Below, piece after piece: positions 1-10,316 of a stretch of DNA of 64,000 bases. Both the position numbers and the translations under genes were made by a program. The first letter of the stretch is position 1. Each line of letters starts with the position of its first letter. The stretch is from an uncultured Desulfosarcina sp. (GTDB lineage Bacteria; Desulfobacterota; Desulfobacteria; Desulfobacterales; Desulfosarcinaceae), in NCBI GenBank assembly GCA_963674945.2, contig CAXXWQ010000004.1, positions 3,200,001 through 3,264,000 of the forward strand. Direction: 5' to 3'. The notes below the pieces were generated by a model, which saw nothing but the letters and a program-made list of their open reading frames with translations, made no database searches and was not told the DNA's origin.

Positions 1-1
1 G

Positions 2-1612
2 GTGAAAAAGGCCCGGGATGCCCTGCGACGGATCATCGACGAGACACCCGAAGGGCTGCGCCAGCACGCCCAGATATTGGAGACCCATGTTCTGCTCTTG
101 GAAGACAAGATGCTCTATGACCGGACCATCGACGTGATCGAGAAGGAACGGGTCAATGCCGAATGGGCGCTGAAAAAGGTGGTCGATGAGGTCAAACCCA
201 TGTTCGAAAACATGACCGACGACTACCTCAAACAGCGGGCAGAGGACATCACCCATGTTTCCAACCGCATCATGGATAGTTTGGTGGGTGCGGACCCGGT
301 GAACATCGCCCATATCGACAAGCGGGTGATCCTGGTGGCCCGGGACCTGTCACCGGCCCAGACCAGCCAGATCAATCTGGAACGGATCAAGGGTTTCGTC
401 ACCAACCGCGGCGGCCGGGCATCCCACACGGGTATCATCGCCAGGACCCTTGAAATTCCGGCGGTATTGGGTGTGGGCAACGCAACATTGAACATCAAAA
501 ACGATGATATTCTGATCGTCGACGGGAAAACGGGTGCCGTGGTGGTCCATCCCACGGAGAAAACCCTTCTTGAAACCGAAGAGCGAAGGGGAGAGTATGA
601 GATTCAGCGGGCGTTGATGGTGAGAAAAAGCCATTTGCCCGCCCAGACCCGGAACGGGTGTCGGATTCCGGTGATGGGCAACATCGAACTTCCCGAGGAA
701 GTGGTGTCGGTCCTGGACAATGGTGGAGACGGCATCGGCCTCTATCGAACCGAATTTCAGTATCTGAGCCGTTCAAACTTTCCCTCCGAGGAGATGCTGT
801 TTGACAACTACAAGGACGTGGTTGATGTGATGGGGAATCGGCCGGTGACGATTCGGACCCTGGATATCAACGGTGACAAGGCGGTCAGTTACATTCGGGA
901 CAAACAGGAGGTCAACCCAGCATTGGGGCTTCGTGCCATTCGTTACTGCCTGAAGAAGCCCGAGATCTTCAAGACCCAGCTCAGGGCCATCTTGCGGGCC
1001 GCTGCCTTCGGGGATGTCCGTATCCTCGTCCCCATGATTTCCGGTGTAGAAGAGGTAGACCAGGCAAAGCGGCTTCTGGACGAGGCGGCACTGAGTCTGG
1101 ATCAGCAAGGTGTCGCCTACGATCGCAACGTTCCACTGGGAATCATGATCGAGGTTCCCTCTGCGGCGGTAACAGCAGATCTGTTGGCCGATAAAGTCGA
1201 TTTTTTCAGCATCGGCACCAACGACCTGATCCAGTATACATTGGCCATCGATCGCGGGAATCGGCACGTGGCCCATCTGTATCAACCGCTTCACCCGGCC
1301 ATCTTGCGCATCATCAAGCAAATATGCGATGCGGCCCGGGAAAAGGGCATCAAGACCTACATGTGTGGCGAGATGGCCGGCGAACCCCTGTATGCCCCCA
1401 TTCTGCTCGGTTTGGGGGTGGATGAGCTGAGCATGAATCCCCAGGCCATTCCCCTTGTCAAAAACGCAATTCGCTCCATTGGCGCCTCCGATGTCGACGC
1501 GTTCCTTCATTCGGTGATGAAGATGACCCGCGCCGATGAAATTGAGGCGTACGTTGCGGAAGAATTCGGTGCCATCGTGGAAACGATTGCCCACCAACAA
1601 CAGGAACAATAG
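2..1612 (+). CDS. ptsI: Phosphoenolpyruvate-protein phosphotransferase (PTS enzyme I), 5'-truncated by window edge
   Basis: Phospho-His motif [51 protein letters not shown]. Confidence 0.95.
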   Translation: MKKARDALRRIIDETPEGLRQHAQILETHVLLLEDKMLYDRTIDVIEKERVNAEWALKKVVDEVKPMFENMTDDYLKQRAEDITHVSNRIMDSLVGADPVNIAHIDKRVILVARDLSPAQTSQINLERIKGFVTNRGGRASHTGIIARTLEIPAVLGVGNATLNIKNDDILIVDGKTGAVVVHPTEKTLLETEERRGEYEIQRALMVRKSHLPAQTRNGCRIPVMGNIELPEEVVSVLDNGGDGIGLYRTEFQYLSRSNFPSEEMLFDNYKDVVDVMGNRPVTIRTLDINGDKAVSYIRDKQEVNPALGLRAIRYCLKKPEIFKTQLRAILRAAAFGDVRILVPMISGVEEVDQAKRLLDEAALSLDQQGVAYDRNVPLGIMIEVPSAAVTADLLADKVDFFSIGTNDLIQYTLAIDRGNRHVAHLYQPLHPAILRIIKQICDAAREKGIKTYMCGEMAGEPLYAPILLGLGVDELSMNPQAIPLVKNAIRSIGASDVDAFLHSVMKMTRADEIEAYVAEEFGAIVETIAHQQQEQ

Positions 1613-1617
1613 GGAAA

Positions 1618-2079
1618 TTGGAGAAAAACCACATCAAATTGGTGGCGGAGAACCGAAAAGCCCGACACGACTATATCATCGAGGACAAATACGAAGCGGG
1701 GATGGTGCTTCGGGGCACAGAAGTCAAGTCCCTTCGCATGGGCAAGGCCAACCTCAAGGATTCCTACGCGAGAATCAAAAACGGAGAGGTCTTCGTATAC
1801 CAGATGCACATCGGCGTCTACCCCTTCGCTTACTACGACAATCACGATCCCCTTCGTCCCAGAAAACTGCTCCTGCATCATCACGAAATAAAGAAGCTGT
1901 ACGGCAAGGTCAATGAAAAGGGGTATGCTCTGATTCCCTTGAAACTCTATTTCAAGGCGGGGAAGGCAAAACTCAGCCTGGCCCTGGCAAAGGGGAAACA
2001 GAGCCATGATAAGCGGGAAACCATCCGGCGTCGCGACCAAAAAAGGGAACTGGAACGGGAACGCAAAAACAATCGATAA
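1618..2079 (+). CDS. smpB: SsrA-binding protein SmpB
   Basis: [39 protein letters not shown] motifs; TTG start. Confidence 0.97.
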   Translation: MEKNHIKLVAENRKARHDYIIEDKYEAGMVLRGTEVKSLRMGKANLKDSYARIKNGEVFVYQMHIGVYPFAYYDNHDPLRPRKLLLHHHEIKKLYGKVNEKGYALIPLKLYFKAGKAKLSLALAKGKQSHDKRETIRRRDQKRELERERKNNR

Positions 2080-2160
2080 GGCCTTACACGGGTTGCGCGT
2101 TTCCATTTTCGTTGAATCCGGCCCATTGGATCAACATTGTGAGGATGGTTTCCAAAAATC

Positions 2161-2679
2161 ATGAACAAGAAGCAGTTTGACCGTAAGAAAAAACCTCCGG
2201 TGTTTACGGGCCCCCGGGAGCGAATCAGCCAGATGCTGGTTCGTGCGCGTCAACTGGAGGGCAATCCCAATGAACTTGCCCGGGGGATGGCGGTTGGTAT
2301 CTTTATTTCCATTACTCCCATCATCCCCTTCCAGACCGTGGCCGCCATCCTGATGGCGTTTCTGGTTCGTGGAAGCAAAGCGGCCGCGGTGTTGGGAACC
2401 TGGTTAAGCAACCCCTTGACCATTCCGTTGGTCTACTATGTCAACTACAAGGTGGGATGTTTGCTGCTGGGGTATGAGAGTGCCGCGGACCGCATCGTAT
2501 TCGGTTCCCTGTTCCAGCTCATGGAACTGGGGCTGGCGGTGACCTCGGCCATGATGGTCGGCGGCGTAATCATCGGCACCATTCTCGGTGTGATCGCCTA
2601 TTTCGTAACCTTTTATCTGTTTGTCACCTTCCGGGAACGGTCAGGGCGCAATCACAACGACCCGGGAATCCAGACATGA
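2161..2679 (+). CDS. DUF2062-like membrane protein
   Basis: P.ELARGMAVGIFISITP and GTWLSNPLT motifs; hydrophobic segments. Confidence 0.8.
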   Translation: MNKKQFDRKKKPPVFTGPRERISQMLVRARQLEGNPNELARGMAVGIFISITPIIPFQTVAAILMAFLVRGSKAAAVLGTWLSNPLTIPLVYYVNYKVGCLLLGYESAADRIVFGSLFQLMELGLAVTSAMMVGGVIIGTILGVIAYFVTFYLFVTFRERSGRNHNDPGIQT

Positions 2680-3545
2680 CTTCACCGAGAACATTGCTTA
2701 CCGCTTGGAACATCAAGGCCAAAAAACAGCTGGGGCAGAATTTCCTTACTGATCCCAAGATCGCCAGGGCCATTGTCGAGGCTGCCGACATCACAAAGGC
2801 GGAAGTCGTTCTGGAGATCGGGCCCGGCCTGGGTGCCATTACCACCTTCGCCGCCATCCATGCCCGCAAAGTGATCGCGGTGGAAAAGGATCAGCGGATC
2901 ATCGACCTTTTGAAGACGGAGCTTGTGGCAAAAGGTATTGACAACGTGGACGTTCTGCAGGGTGACATTCTTCGAACCGACCTGGCATCCATTGCACGCC
3001 AGGCAAAGGGACGCTTGGTCGTGCTGGGCAACCTGCCCTACAATATCTCATCGCAGGTGGTTGTCCGGCTGATCCAGGCGAGAGGCGGCGTCGATCGGGC
3101 CGTTCTCATGCTTCAACGTGAGATGGCCCAGCGTATCTGCGCGGATCCAGGATCCAAGGACTATGGCCGTCTGTCTGTCATGCTGAAATATTGCGCACGG
3201 ACCAGGACCCTGATGCCGGTAGGGGCATCCCGATTTTTCCCGGCACCCAAAGTGGATTCCACGGTGGTGGTCATCGATTTTTCTGCGCAGGTTGAAGATC
3301 GTGCCAAAGACGAATCACTTCTCTTTCGTGTCGTCAAGGCCGCATTCGGAAAAAGGAGAAAAACATTACGAAACGCATTGTCCCAGAGTGATTTGGATCT
3401 TTCGCCCGGCAGTTGTGATCAATTACTACAAGAGGCCCGGATCGATCCCATGAAGCGGGCCGAACAGATTCCCGTATCGGCGTTTGTCCGGTTGAGCAAC
3501 ACTCTTTTCCATTATCTGGAAGATACCGGTCCTTTCGTTGCTTGA
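2676..3545 (+). CDS. rsmA: 16S rRNA adenine dimethyltransferase RsmA/KsgA
   Basis: KKQLGQNFL, VLEIGPGLG, GNLPYNISS, FFPAPKVDS, FGKRRKTLRNAL. Confidence 0.97.
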   Translation: MTSPRTLLTAWNIKAKKQLGQNFLTDPKIARAIVEAADITKAEVVLEIGPGLGAITTFAAIHARKVIAVEKDQRIIDLLKTELVAKGIDNVDVLQGDILRTDLASIARQAKGRLVVLGNLPYNISSQVVVRLIQARGGVDRAVLMLQREMAQRICADPGSKDYGRLSVMLKYCARTRTLMPVGASRFFPAPKVDSTVVVIDFSAQVEDRAKDESLLFRVVKAAFGKRRKTLRNALSQSDLDLSPGSCDQLLQEARIDPMKRAEQIPVSAFVRLSNTLFHYLEDTGPFVA

Positions 3546-3722
3546 TCTTCGATTGGTTGTATGAAAACCGGATGATTTACACCCGGAACCAAACCGAACA
3601 ATTAAAGCGCTGACACGCTTTCGGAGAACCGGCCATTGGCCGAATATCCAGGCCACCCGCTTTCCGGGTGGTTGTTGACGCTGGACATTCAATACGCCGT
3701 TCGGTCGAGATAGGTGATCGAG

Positions 3723-4298
3723 ATGAGAAAATTTCATATCCTGTTGGTGGACGACGACCCATTCATTCTCTCCGGCATCGGAAAGGACCTTGCCGGTGAA
3801 GGCTACGAGGTTACCACGGCGGACAGTGGTGAGCGCGCCATCGGCCTGATGGAAGAAACCATTTTCGACATGGTGATCACAGATCTGGTCATGTACCGCG
3901 TTGACGGCATACAGGTGCTCAAGGCCGCAAAGGCGAAGAATCCGGAAACCATGGTGATGATTCTGACCGGATATGGGGACATGGCATCGGCCATCGATGC
4001 CCTTCGGCTCGATGCCGATGATTACATGCTCAAACCCTGCGAGCCTGACGAGATGAAAATTCGCGTCTCCCGTTGTTTTGAACGGCTGGAAACCGTCCGG
4101 AAACTCAAGTTGTACGAGAAGATGTTGCCCATCTGCTGCGTCTGCAAGATGATTCGTGATGACAGTGGCAGGGAGCCGGGAACGGGTCCGTGGATGACCG
4201 TTGAAAAATACATTTGGGAAAAGGCCGGTGTCGCACCGACGTCAACTTACTGCCCCAAATGTGCCCAATCCGTCAAAAAAGAACTCGGACTCGAATGA
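3723..4298 (+). CDS. Response regulator: receiver domain plus C-terminal Cys-rich domain
   Basis: ILLVDDD, ITDLVM, ILTGYG, YMLKP receiver motifs; tail LPICCVCK...YCPKC. Confidence 0.88.
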   Translation: MRKFHILLVDDDPFILSGIGKDLAGEGYEVTTADSGERAIGLMEETIFDMVITDLVMYRVDGIQVLKAAKAKNPETMVMILTGYGDMASAIDALRLDADDYMLKPCEPDEMKIRVSRCFERLETVRKLKLYEKMLPICCVCKMIRDDSGREPGTGPWMTVEKYIWEKAGVAPTSTYCPKCAQSVKKELGLE

Positions 4299-4423
4299 TC
4301 TTTGGCCATAAAAGTCCCTTTTGGGCGGCAAGCATCCCCGGTATGCTCCCGTACGTAGCCACGCTGGCACCTACTCTTGGCAGATAGACGGAAACGAGGG
4401 AAACGCTTTTTACGAATCCGTCA
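4296..4423. repeat. Degenerate MITE-like element with terminal inverted repeats
   Basis: Right end GCTTTTTACGAATCCGTCA (reverse complement TGACGGATTCGTAAAAAGC) resembles left end TGATCTTTGGCCATAAAAGTCC and TGACGGCTCCGTAAAAAGTCC at 61372. Confidence 0.45.
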
Positions 4424-4763
4424 CAATTGTCCAATGGCCAATGCGCTTAGTATACTCAGAGCCACCCAAAGTACGGCTTTTCTCCGTCGCCAGGCGGATC
4501 GTTCCAAAGCAAGATCGACGTGGGGCTCTACCGAAGATGAGTCTTCCGGTGAAAAAAGAAAGAAGAGAACCCTTGCCGATCGAATTTTCCGGATTGCCGC
4601 TTTCATGATCCACCCCCAGCTTCCTCCATCGCGTGAAACATCATCGTTCGTCTCGTTTTGGCGGTTCCATGGAATTGGTACTTGCCGAATCCTACCAGAT
4701 CCGATAAAGGATAACAGATACAGAAATCGAGAAATAAATAAATAACAGAATGAGGTGCAAGCC

Positions 4764-6200
4764 ATGACCACTGCCGTTGAATCCGGCTTTCGGTATGCAA
4801 GGCTGGCGGACGATCTGGAGACGAAAATCAGGGATGGCGTCTATCGCTCCGGGGAAAAACTGCCTTCATTGCGCAAACTGCATGGCCAGACGGGCCTTTC
4901 CATCACAACCGTATACCAGGCCTATATCGAGCTGGAAAAACGGGGCGTGGTGGTGCCGCGACAAAAATCCGGCTACTATGTCAAGCCATTGATAGAACGA
5001 ATCCTGCCGCCGCCGGAAGCGAAGAAATTGCGCCCGGTGCCCAAAAAGGTCACCATGAATGCCCTGGCATACGCCATCGTGGAAGATATGAGTGACCCGG
5101 CGTTTCTCCAACTGGGGGGCTCGGTGGTAATGCCCGAACTTCTCCCCTTCAAGCAACTCACCCGCTGCATGCGTACCCAATCCCAGGAGGTTATGAAGCG
5201 AAGCCTGATGCGATACGAAAACCCATACGGCAATGCCGAATTAAAACGGCAGATCGCAAAGCGCATGGTGGGACAGGCCCGGCCGGACGTTACCGAAGAG
5301 ATGGTCATTACCGCTGGATGCATCGAAGCGGTGCGCCTCTGCCTTGAAGCCGTGGGGGATGCCGGAGACACTGTGGTGGTGGAGTCCCCCACCTACCCGT
5401 GGTTTCTGCAAAATATCGAAGATCAGAAAAAATATGCCCTGGAGATTCCCACGGATCCTGTGACGGGGATCGACCTGGATCAGCTTCAGAGGGCGGTGCG
5501 GAAAAACAGGGTGGCGGCCTGTATTCTGGTTCCCAACATTCACAACCCGTTGGGATTTACCATGCCCCAGGAAAAAAAGGAAGCGCTGGTCGATATGATG
5601 GCCCGGGAAAAGATCCCTATCATCGAGGACAATATCCACGGCGAACTCTATTTTGGACAGTCCCGGCCCTCCACTTTGAAATCACTGGACCGAGAGGGTC
5701 TGGTTCTTCACTGTGCCTCTTTTTCCAAGACCCTCTCGCCAGGCTTGCGGGTGGGGTGGGCGCTTCCGGGACGATTCACCCACCGGGTAAAGCGGTTGAA
5801 AATGGACAGTACCGTTGCTTCTCCCACATTGAATCAACATATGGTGGCCCAGTTTTTAAAGACCGGCGCCTATGACCGTCACCTTCGGCGGCTTCGCACG
5901 GCCCTGAAAAACCAAATCACCAACACGGCCCTTTCCATCGCGCGCCACTTCCCCAAAGGGACGCGAATCACCGCTCCCCAGGGCGGGGTCACCTTGTGGG
6001 TGGAACTCGACGAACGTGTGGACGGGCTAACGGTTTATCAGGAAGCGCGCAAACACAAGATATCCATATTTCCCGGCATCATCTGCTCTTCCACCGATCG
6101 ATACCGGAACTTTATCCGCATCAGTTGTGGCTATCCCTGGGAGGAACGAATCGAGGCGGGAATTATGACCCTGGCGGATATTATCGCAACGTTGATCTGA
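4764..6200 (+). CDS. MocR/GntR-family regulator (wHTH plus PLP aminotransferase-like domain)
   Basis: GEKLPSLR..SITTVYQAYIELE HTH; VESPTY; IIEDNIHGEL; SFSKTLSPGLRVGW. Confidence 0.93.
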   Translation: MTTAVESGFRYARLADDLETKIRDGVYRSGEKLPSLRKLHGQTGLSITTVYQAYIELEKRGVVVPRQKSGYYVKPLIERILPPPEAKKLRPVPKKVTMNALAYAIVEDMSDPAFLQLGGSVVMPELLPFKQLTRCMRTQSQEVMKRSLMRYENPYGNAELKRQIAKRMVGQARPDVTEEMVITAGCIEAVRLCLEAVGDAGDTVVVESPTYPWFLQNIEDQKKYALEIPTDPVTGIDLDQLQRAVRKNRVAACILVPNIHNPLGFTMPQEKKEALVDMMAREKIPIIEDNIHGELYFGQSRPSTLKSLDREGLVLHCASFSKTLSPGLRVGWALPGRFTHRVKRLKMDSTVASPTLNQHMVAQFLKTGAYDRHLRRLRTALKNQITNTALSIARHFPKGTRITAPQGGVTLWVELDERVDGLTVYQEARKHKISIFPGIICSSTDRYRNFIRISCGYPWEERIEAGIMTLADIIATLI

Positions 6201-6450
6201 GGGGGCGAATTGGAATATCAATCAACTCCTGATGTGGATTTTAGTGCTTCGGCCGATCGTTCACATCAGTTGATCAGACGGCAAAAAAAATTGTTAGTTA
6301 CATGAATTGACAGAGGCGGGCGGAGAAAGGTACATTTTTCTATTCAAACTCGTTCCAATCAGCATTTCCAAGCATAACGCTACAAATTTCATGATACACA
6401 GATCTGTATCGTAACTTGTTATACCGGCTTTACCAAAACATAGAGGAAAC

Positions 6451-7278
6451 ATGACTGATCGATGGGGTCATAGTGGTACGTGGGAGGATATGCTGCGTCA
6501 GGTATATAAAGGCGTAGACTTAAGAGTCGAGGATCTATATTTACTTGAGGCTTGTGAATTGGAGAGCCTGTACGAACGTGTTACCCACCGCGCGATCGCA
6601 GCAGTGATTCACGCAAACCCGGCACTTCGGCGAGTATGGAGCACCCGTTATCCGGAGATATGCACTTTTATTGATAAAGTCACTACTGCGTATGGCCCTG
6701 CTCCAACCAAGAAAGAACTGGATTTCCTTTCCGACAAGATCGTATGGGAACTCGCTGAGTTATTGGTCTACCATCGTTATCCAAAGATATACGATGAGCG
6801 TGCGGCGATCGCTTGGGACTTCGAGGATTTGACTACAGAAGTCACATTGGCGGATCGTGTGGTGGCCGATGTTGGCGCTGGAACAGGGCGTATCGCATTT
6901 CAGGCGGCGCCGTTCGCACGTTGGGTTTTTGCCGTTGAACCTGTGAGTTCTTTCCGTCGCTTCATGCGTGAGAGAATTCGAACGGAGAAAATTGAAAACG
7001 TTTATGTCGTTGATGGACTCCTCTCCGATATTCCATTACCTGATGGATTTGTCGATGTGCTTGCAACTTCGCAGGCATTTGGATGGTCTTTGGCAGATGA
7101 GTTGCGTGAAATCGAGCGAGTAGTACGTCCGGGTGGGACGGCAATTCATTTCAGCGGAATGCCTGTTGACGAAAACGGACCAATCCATCCAGTCGTCACA
7201 TCCGACAAATGGGGTTACAAATGTAAGCAATACCGTAACCAGGGAGAATGGCATTGCAAGTATATCCGGCATTTTTAA
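6451..7278 (+). CDS. Class I SAM-dependent methyltransferase
   Basis: VADVGAGTG, AVEP, IPLPDGFVDV, EIERVVRPGG; SD GAGGA upstream. Confidence 0.85.
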   Translation: MTDRWGHSGTWEDMLRQVYKGVDLRVEDLYLLEACELESLYERVTHRAIAAVIHANPALRRVWSTRYPEICTFIDKVTTAYGPAPTKKELDFLSDKIVWELAELLVYHRYPKIYDERAAIAWDFEDLTTEVTLADRVVADVGAGTGRIAFQAAPFARWVFAVEPVSSFRRFMRERIRTEKIENVYVVDGLLSDIPLPDGFVDVLATSQAFGWSLADELREIERVVRPGGTAIHFSGMPVDENGPIHPVVTSDKWGYKCKQYRNQGEWHCKYIRHF

Positions 7279-7315
7279 TTACAACCGGATCGGTATTCTC
7301 AAAATAGACAAAAAA

Positions 7316-7389
7316 GCATAACAACCCGGAAGCAATCGACGGCCTGAAGACGCGCGTGATCGGCAACATTCGCTTCCGAATTGGTAGTA
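7316..7389 (+). other. Degenerate attC-like site
   Basis: GCATAAC ... CGGAAGC/GCTTCCG inner inverted repeat ... GGTAGTA (expected GTTRRRY); next ATG follows at 7392. Confidence 0.45.
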
Positions 7390-7391
7390 CA

Positions 7392-8151
7392 ATGGGTGAT
7401 AAAACAGAAATTGGTAAACTCGCATCTGCAACCGAAACCGATGAATACCGCTTTGGTTATACTCATGAGGAGATAGAGCGGCTAAGGTATCAGCACCACG
7501 TCTGGGCCAAAGACCCGAGCTGGATTCAGCACGGGTGCAACTCTGGTTGATCTCGGTTGCGGCTTCGGTTATACAACTCTCGATCTGACACGAGTCGTCG
7601 GGACGAAGGGGAACGTAATTGCCGTAGATCGGGATGGAGAACGCTCACTCCCGCTATTGAAGGCGCAAGCAGAGGCCGTAGGTCTTTTTAATATTGAGAC
7701 AAGGACTGATAATCTGGAAACTTTTGATCTTCCAGAGGAAAGCGTGGATGGCGTTTATTGTCGATGGGTGCTGATGTATCTTCCCGCGGCAACAGTGAAG
7801 CCGCTGATTGGTCGTATAGCAAAGTGGCTTCGGCCCGGAGGGGTTTGTGCACTCACCGAGTTCTGTGATTACTGTCATATCCATATTCACCCCAAAAGCG
7901 AGTATCTGCCTGAAATCGCAGAGGCTCTCATCCAAGCCGTTTCGGGCGAACGTGGCTGCAACCCGGAGATTGGAAACGATCTTCCCGGATTACTCTGCTC
8001 TGCCGGAATAGACGTCGAGATGAATGTGATCGCCAAGGCAGTTCGCGCCACCACACAAGAATGGCTCTGGCCAGATGCCCTATTCCGAAATCATTTACCT
8101 GCTCTTGTGAATGAAGGTTTCCTTCTTGCGCAAGAATTACAACCCCAATAG
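7392..8151 (+). pseudogene. Frameshifted SAM-dependent methyltransferase
   Basis: N-terminus (EYRFGYTHEEIERLRYQHHVW) in one frame; motif I TLVDLGCGFG and the rest in another frame after ~7515; C-terminus looks truncated. Confidence 0.8.
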
Positions 8152-8428
8152 CAGGGTCATTAACGCCGCAAAAAAAACACAGCCGACCATGGCCATGCAC
8201 TCCCAAAGACCCCTGCCGGCGCGTCTGGCGAGTCGACACACGTCCCATCGCCGAACCTGTGATGTGATTGTTCTGCCACGATGCCCAAAGGGCATTGCAT
8301 GTCGTGCGCAACGACTTTTTGCGGGAATTACGTTTGCGATGTATCCGACCATGCAGGAAGGCGATGGAAGCAGTCTTGCCACGGCGTGGTCATATCCCAA
8401 GACCATCTGCTCTGATTTATTCATCTTT

Positions 8429-9079
8429 TTACCTCAACTCTCGGCAGATCCAGAGAACCTTTCCGATGATGCGCACACGATCCATCTCCTCACGGGACAA
8501 AAAGATCGGTGCATACTCCTTGTTGTCACTTAAAAGAACGAGTTTGCGCGGATGTTTTTCGATGCGTTTGACCATGATCGTATCCTCTACGCCCACCGCG
8601 TAGACGGTACCGGCGAAAATGTCGGTTTGGGACTGGTCGATGAGCACCGTGTCTCCATCTTTCATCTCCGGCGCCATGGAGTTGCCGAAAACATCCATCA
8701 GGATCATCCGGTCTTTTACCCCCCTGCCTTGCAGCCATGCCGTCCGGAACGAGTAATGGTCTTCGATCTGCTCGCCGATTTCAAAAGAACCGGCCCCGGC
8801 GCAAAGCCGCGCCTGCACTTTCGGAATCGCAAAAAAATCCCCGCCATCGGCATCAACGGGTTTCAACCATTTCGGGCCATCGCCACTCTCCAGCCAGTCG
8901 GGATTCAACCCGTGGCTGCGGAAAAGTGTCAGCAGCCAATTGGCGGGAACGGAGTTCTTTTTACGGGCCTGGGTGATGGAAGAACGATTGACACACAAGA
9001 TGTCGGCCAGTTCGGAAAGGCTTTTAACGCCCAGGGTACCGGATACGCGTTCGAAAAAGGTCTGGAAGTTTTTGTCCAT
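8429..9079 (-). CDS. CI-like HTH regulator with S24 (LexA-type) peptidase domain
   Basis: N-terminal HTH (LADILCVNRSSITQAR); V.GNSMAP Ser motif and MVKR Lys motif. Confidence 0.9.
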   Translation of the reverse strand: MDKNFQTFFERVSGTLGVKSLSELADILCVNRSSITQARKKNSVPANWLLTLFRSHGLNPDWLESGDGPKWLKPVDADGGDFFAIPKVQARLCAGAGSFEIGEQIEDHYSFRTAWLQGRGVKDRMILMDVFGNSMAPEMKDGDTVLIDQSQTDIFAGTVYAVGVEDTIMVKRIEKHPRKLVLLSDNKEYAPIFLSREEMDRVRIIGKVLWICRELR

Positions 9080-9250
9080 GGTTGTTGCAAAATTCCATTC
9101 GTTTTTGATTTAATGTTTTTATACATAAACTAACTGTTTATTAAATACAACAAAAAAATAGTCTAAGTTAAAAACATATTGGAAGAACCATTTCCGGAGA
9201 GAACGGATGTTGTTTGGATGCCGTGAACAAATTGTTGCGATTTGCCTTGG

Positions 9251-10315
9251 CTATGGGAGGGAAACGGATTTATCTTCAACTTGAAGCTGATTCTTTGAAA
9301 GAGTCTGATCTTGAACCAAATTGACGGCCTTCAGGCAAAAGGTTCGTTTCAACGCTTCGATATTTTTTTTCTTCAGGCCTTGCACCCGAGAGACCATGGA
9401 CGGGTGGGTGGTAATGGTCAGCGTGTCGGGTGGATGGGCCATTTGCCGTATCGCCGCCATTACGGCATCCAATACGATTTCACAGAGAACCATGTGCCCG
9501 AAAGCCGGGTGAAACGGACCTGCCAGCAAGTCTTTGTCTGGGGTCAACCCATCAGCGGCCTGCAGCCCCATGCGAGCCACGGGAATCCCCAACCTCTTAA
9601 AATACAAATAGATCCGTTTCACCAATGTCACGCAGCGGGCCAGTTGTATGGGGGTGTATCGACCTGCACGGTACCACGACGCCAGAAGGCTTCCCTTGAG
9701 GACGACGGTGGGGTAGATTCTCACGAAGTCGGGCGATAGTGCGGCAATTCGGTGGGCCGATTCCATGGCACCTTGGTCATCATCACCGGGAAGTCCGACC
9801 ATCATCTGCAGGCCCACCTGATACCCCGCTTTTTTCAATAACGCCACCGCCTGAATGGTATCCGACGATCGGTGTCCCCTGTGGGAGGCTGTCAGTACAT
9901 GGTCGTTCATGGATTGAACGCCCAGTTCCACCGTTTGTACCGGAAATCCCTCCAGCAGCGCCAACGTCTCGCCATTGACCGTGTCCGGGCGGGTGGAAAA
10001 GCGGATACCCGCCACAGATTTTTCTTCGGTAAAGGGCAAGACTGTGTGCAAGAGCGATAAAATGGCCGCAGGGTCGAGTCCTAAAAAATTTCCCCCGAAA
10101 AAGGAAATTTGTGTGGTGGTGACATCTCTTTTTCCGTAGGAAAGAAGTCGATGTACCTCGTTTCGTATCCTTTCCGCGGATGGAAATTGGGCCGCGCTTC
10201 CGGTAATGGCGTGTTGGTTGCAGAACACACACTGATGCGGGCATCCCAGATGGGGTATGAACATCGGAATGATGAAAAGGGGGACGGCTCTTGGGGTGAT
10301 TACCCGCGGTGCCAT
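9251..10315 (-). CDS. Radical SAM protein (Elp3/YhcC-like)
   Basis: PMFIPHLGCPHQCVFCNQ CxxxCxxC; FSTRPD; VELGVQS; RIYPT; start moved to ATG 10315 just after the rnc stop. Confidence 0.88.
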   Translation of the reverse strand: MAPRVITPRAVPLFIIPMFIPHLGCPHQCVFCNQHAITGSAAQFPSAERIRNEVHRLLSYGKRDVTTTQISFFGGNFLGLDPAAILSLLHTVLPFTEEKSVAGIRFSTRPDTVNGETLALLEGFPVQTVELGVQSMNDHVLTASHRGHRSSDTIQAVALLKKAGYQVGLQMMVGLPGDDDQGAMESAHRIAALSPDFVRIYPTVVLKGSLLASWYRAGRYTPIQLARCVTLVKRIYLYFKRLGIPVARMGLQAADGLTPDKDLLAGPFHPAFGHMVLCEIVLDAVMAAIRQMAHPPDTLTITTHPSMVSRVQGLKKKNIEALKRTFCLKAVNLVQDQTLSKNQLQVEDKSVSLP

Positions 10316-10316
10316 G

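Noticed and set aside
2080..2160. tmRNA next to smpB
   Set aside because: The gap is only about 80 bp and has no tRNA-like ends.
7548..7550. TGA as a third selenocysteine codon
   Set aside because: The methyltransferase motif continues in a different frame, so this is a frameshift. The internal stops in intI and the IS91 relic are TAA.
8429..9250. Prophage suggested by the CI-like S24 repressor
   Set aside because: No divergent cro, integrase, or structural or replication genes; the upstream neighbours are housekeeping genes.
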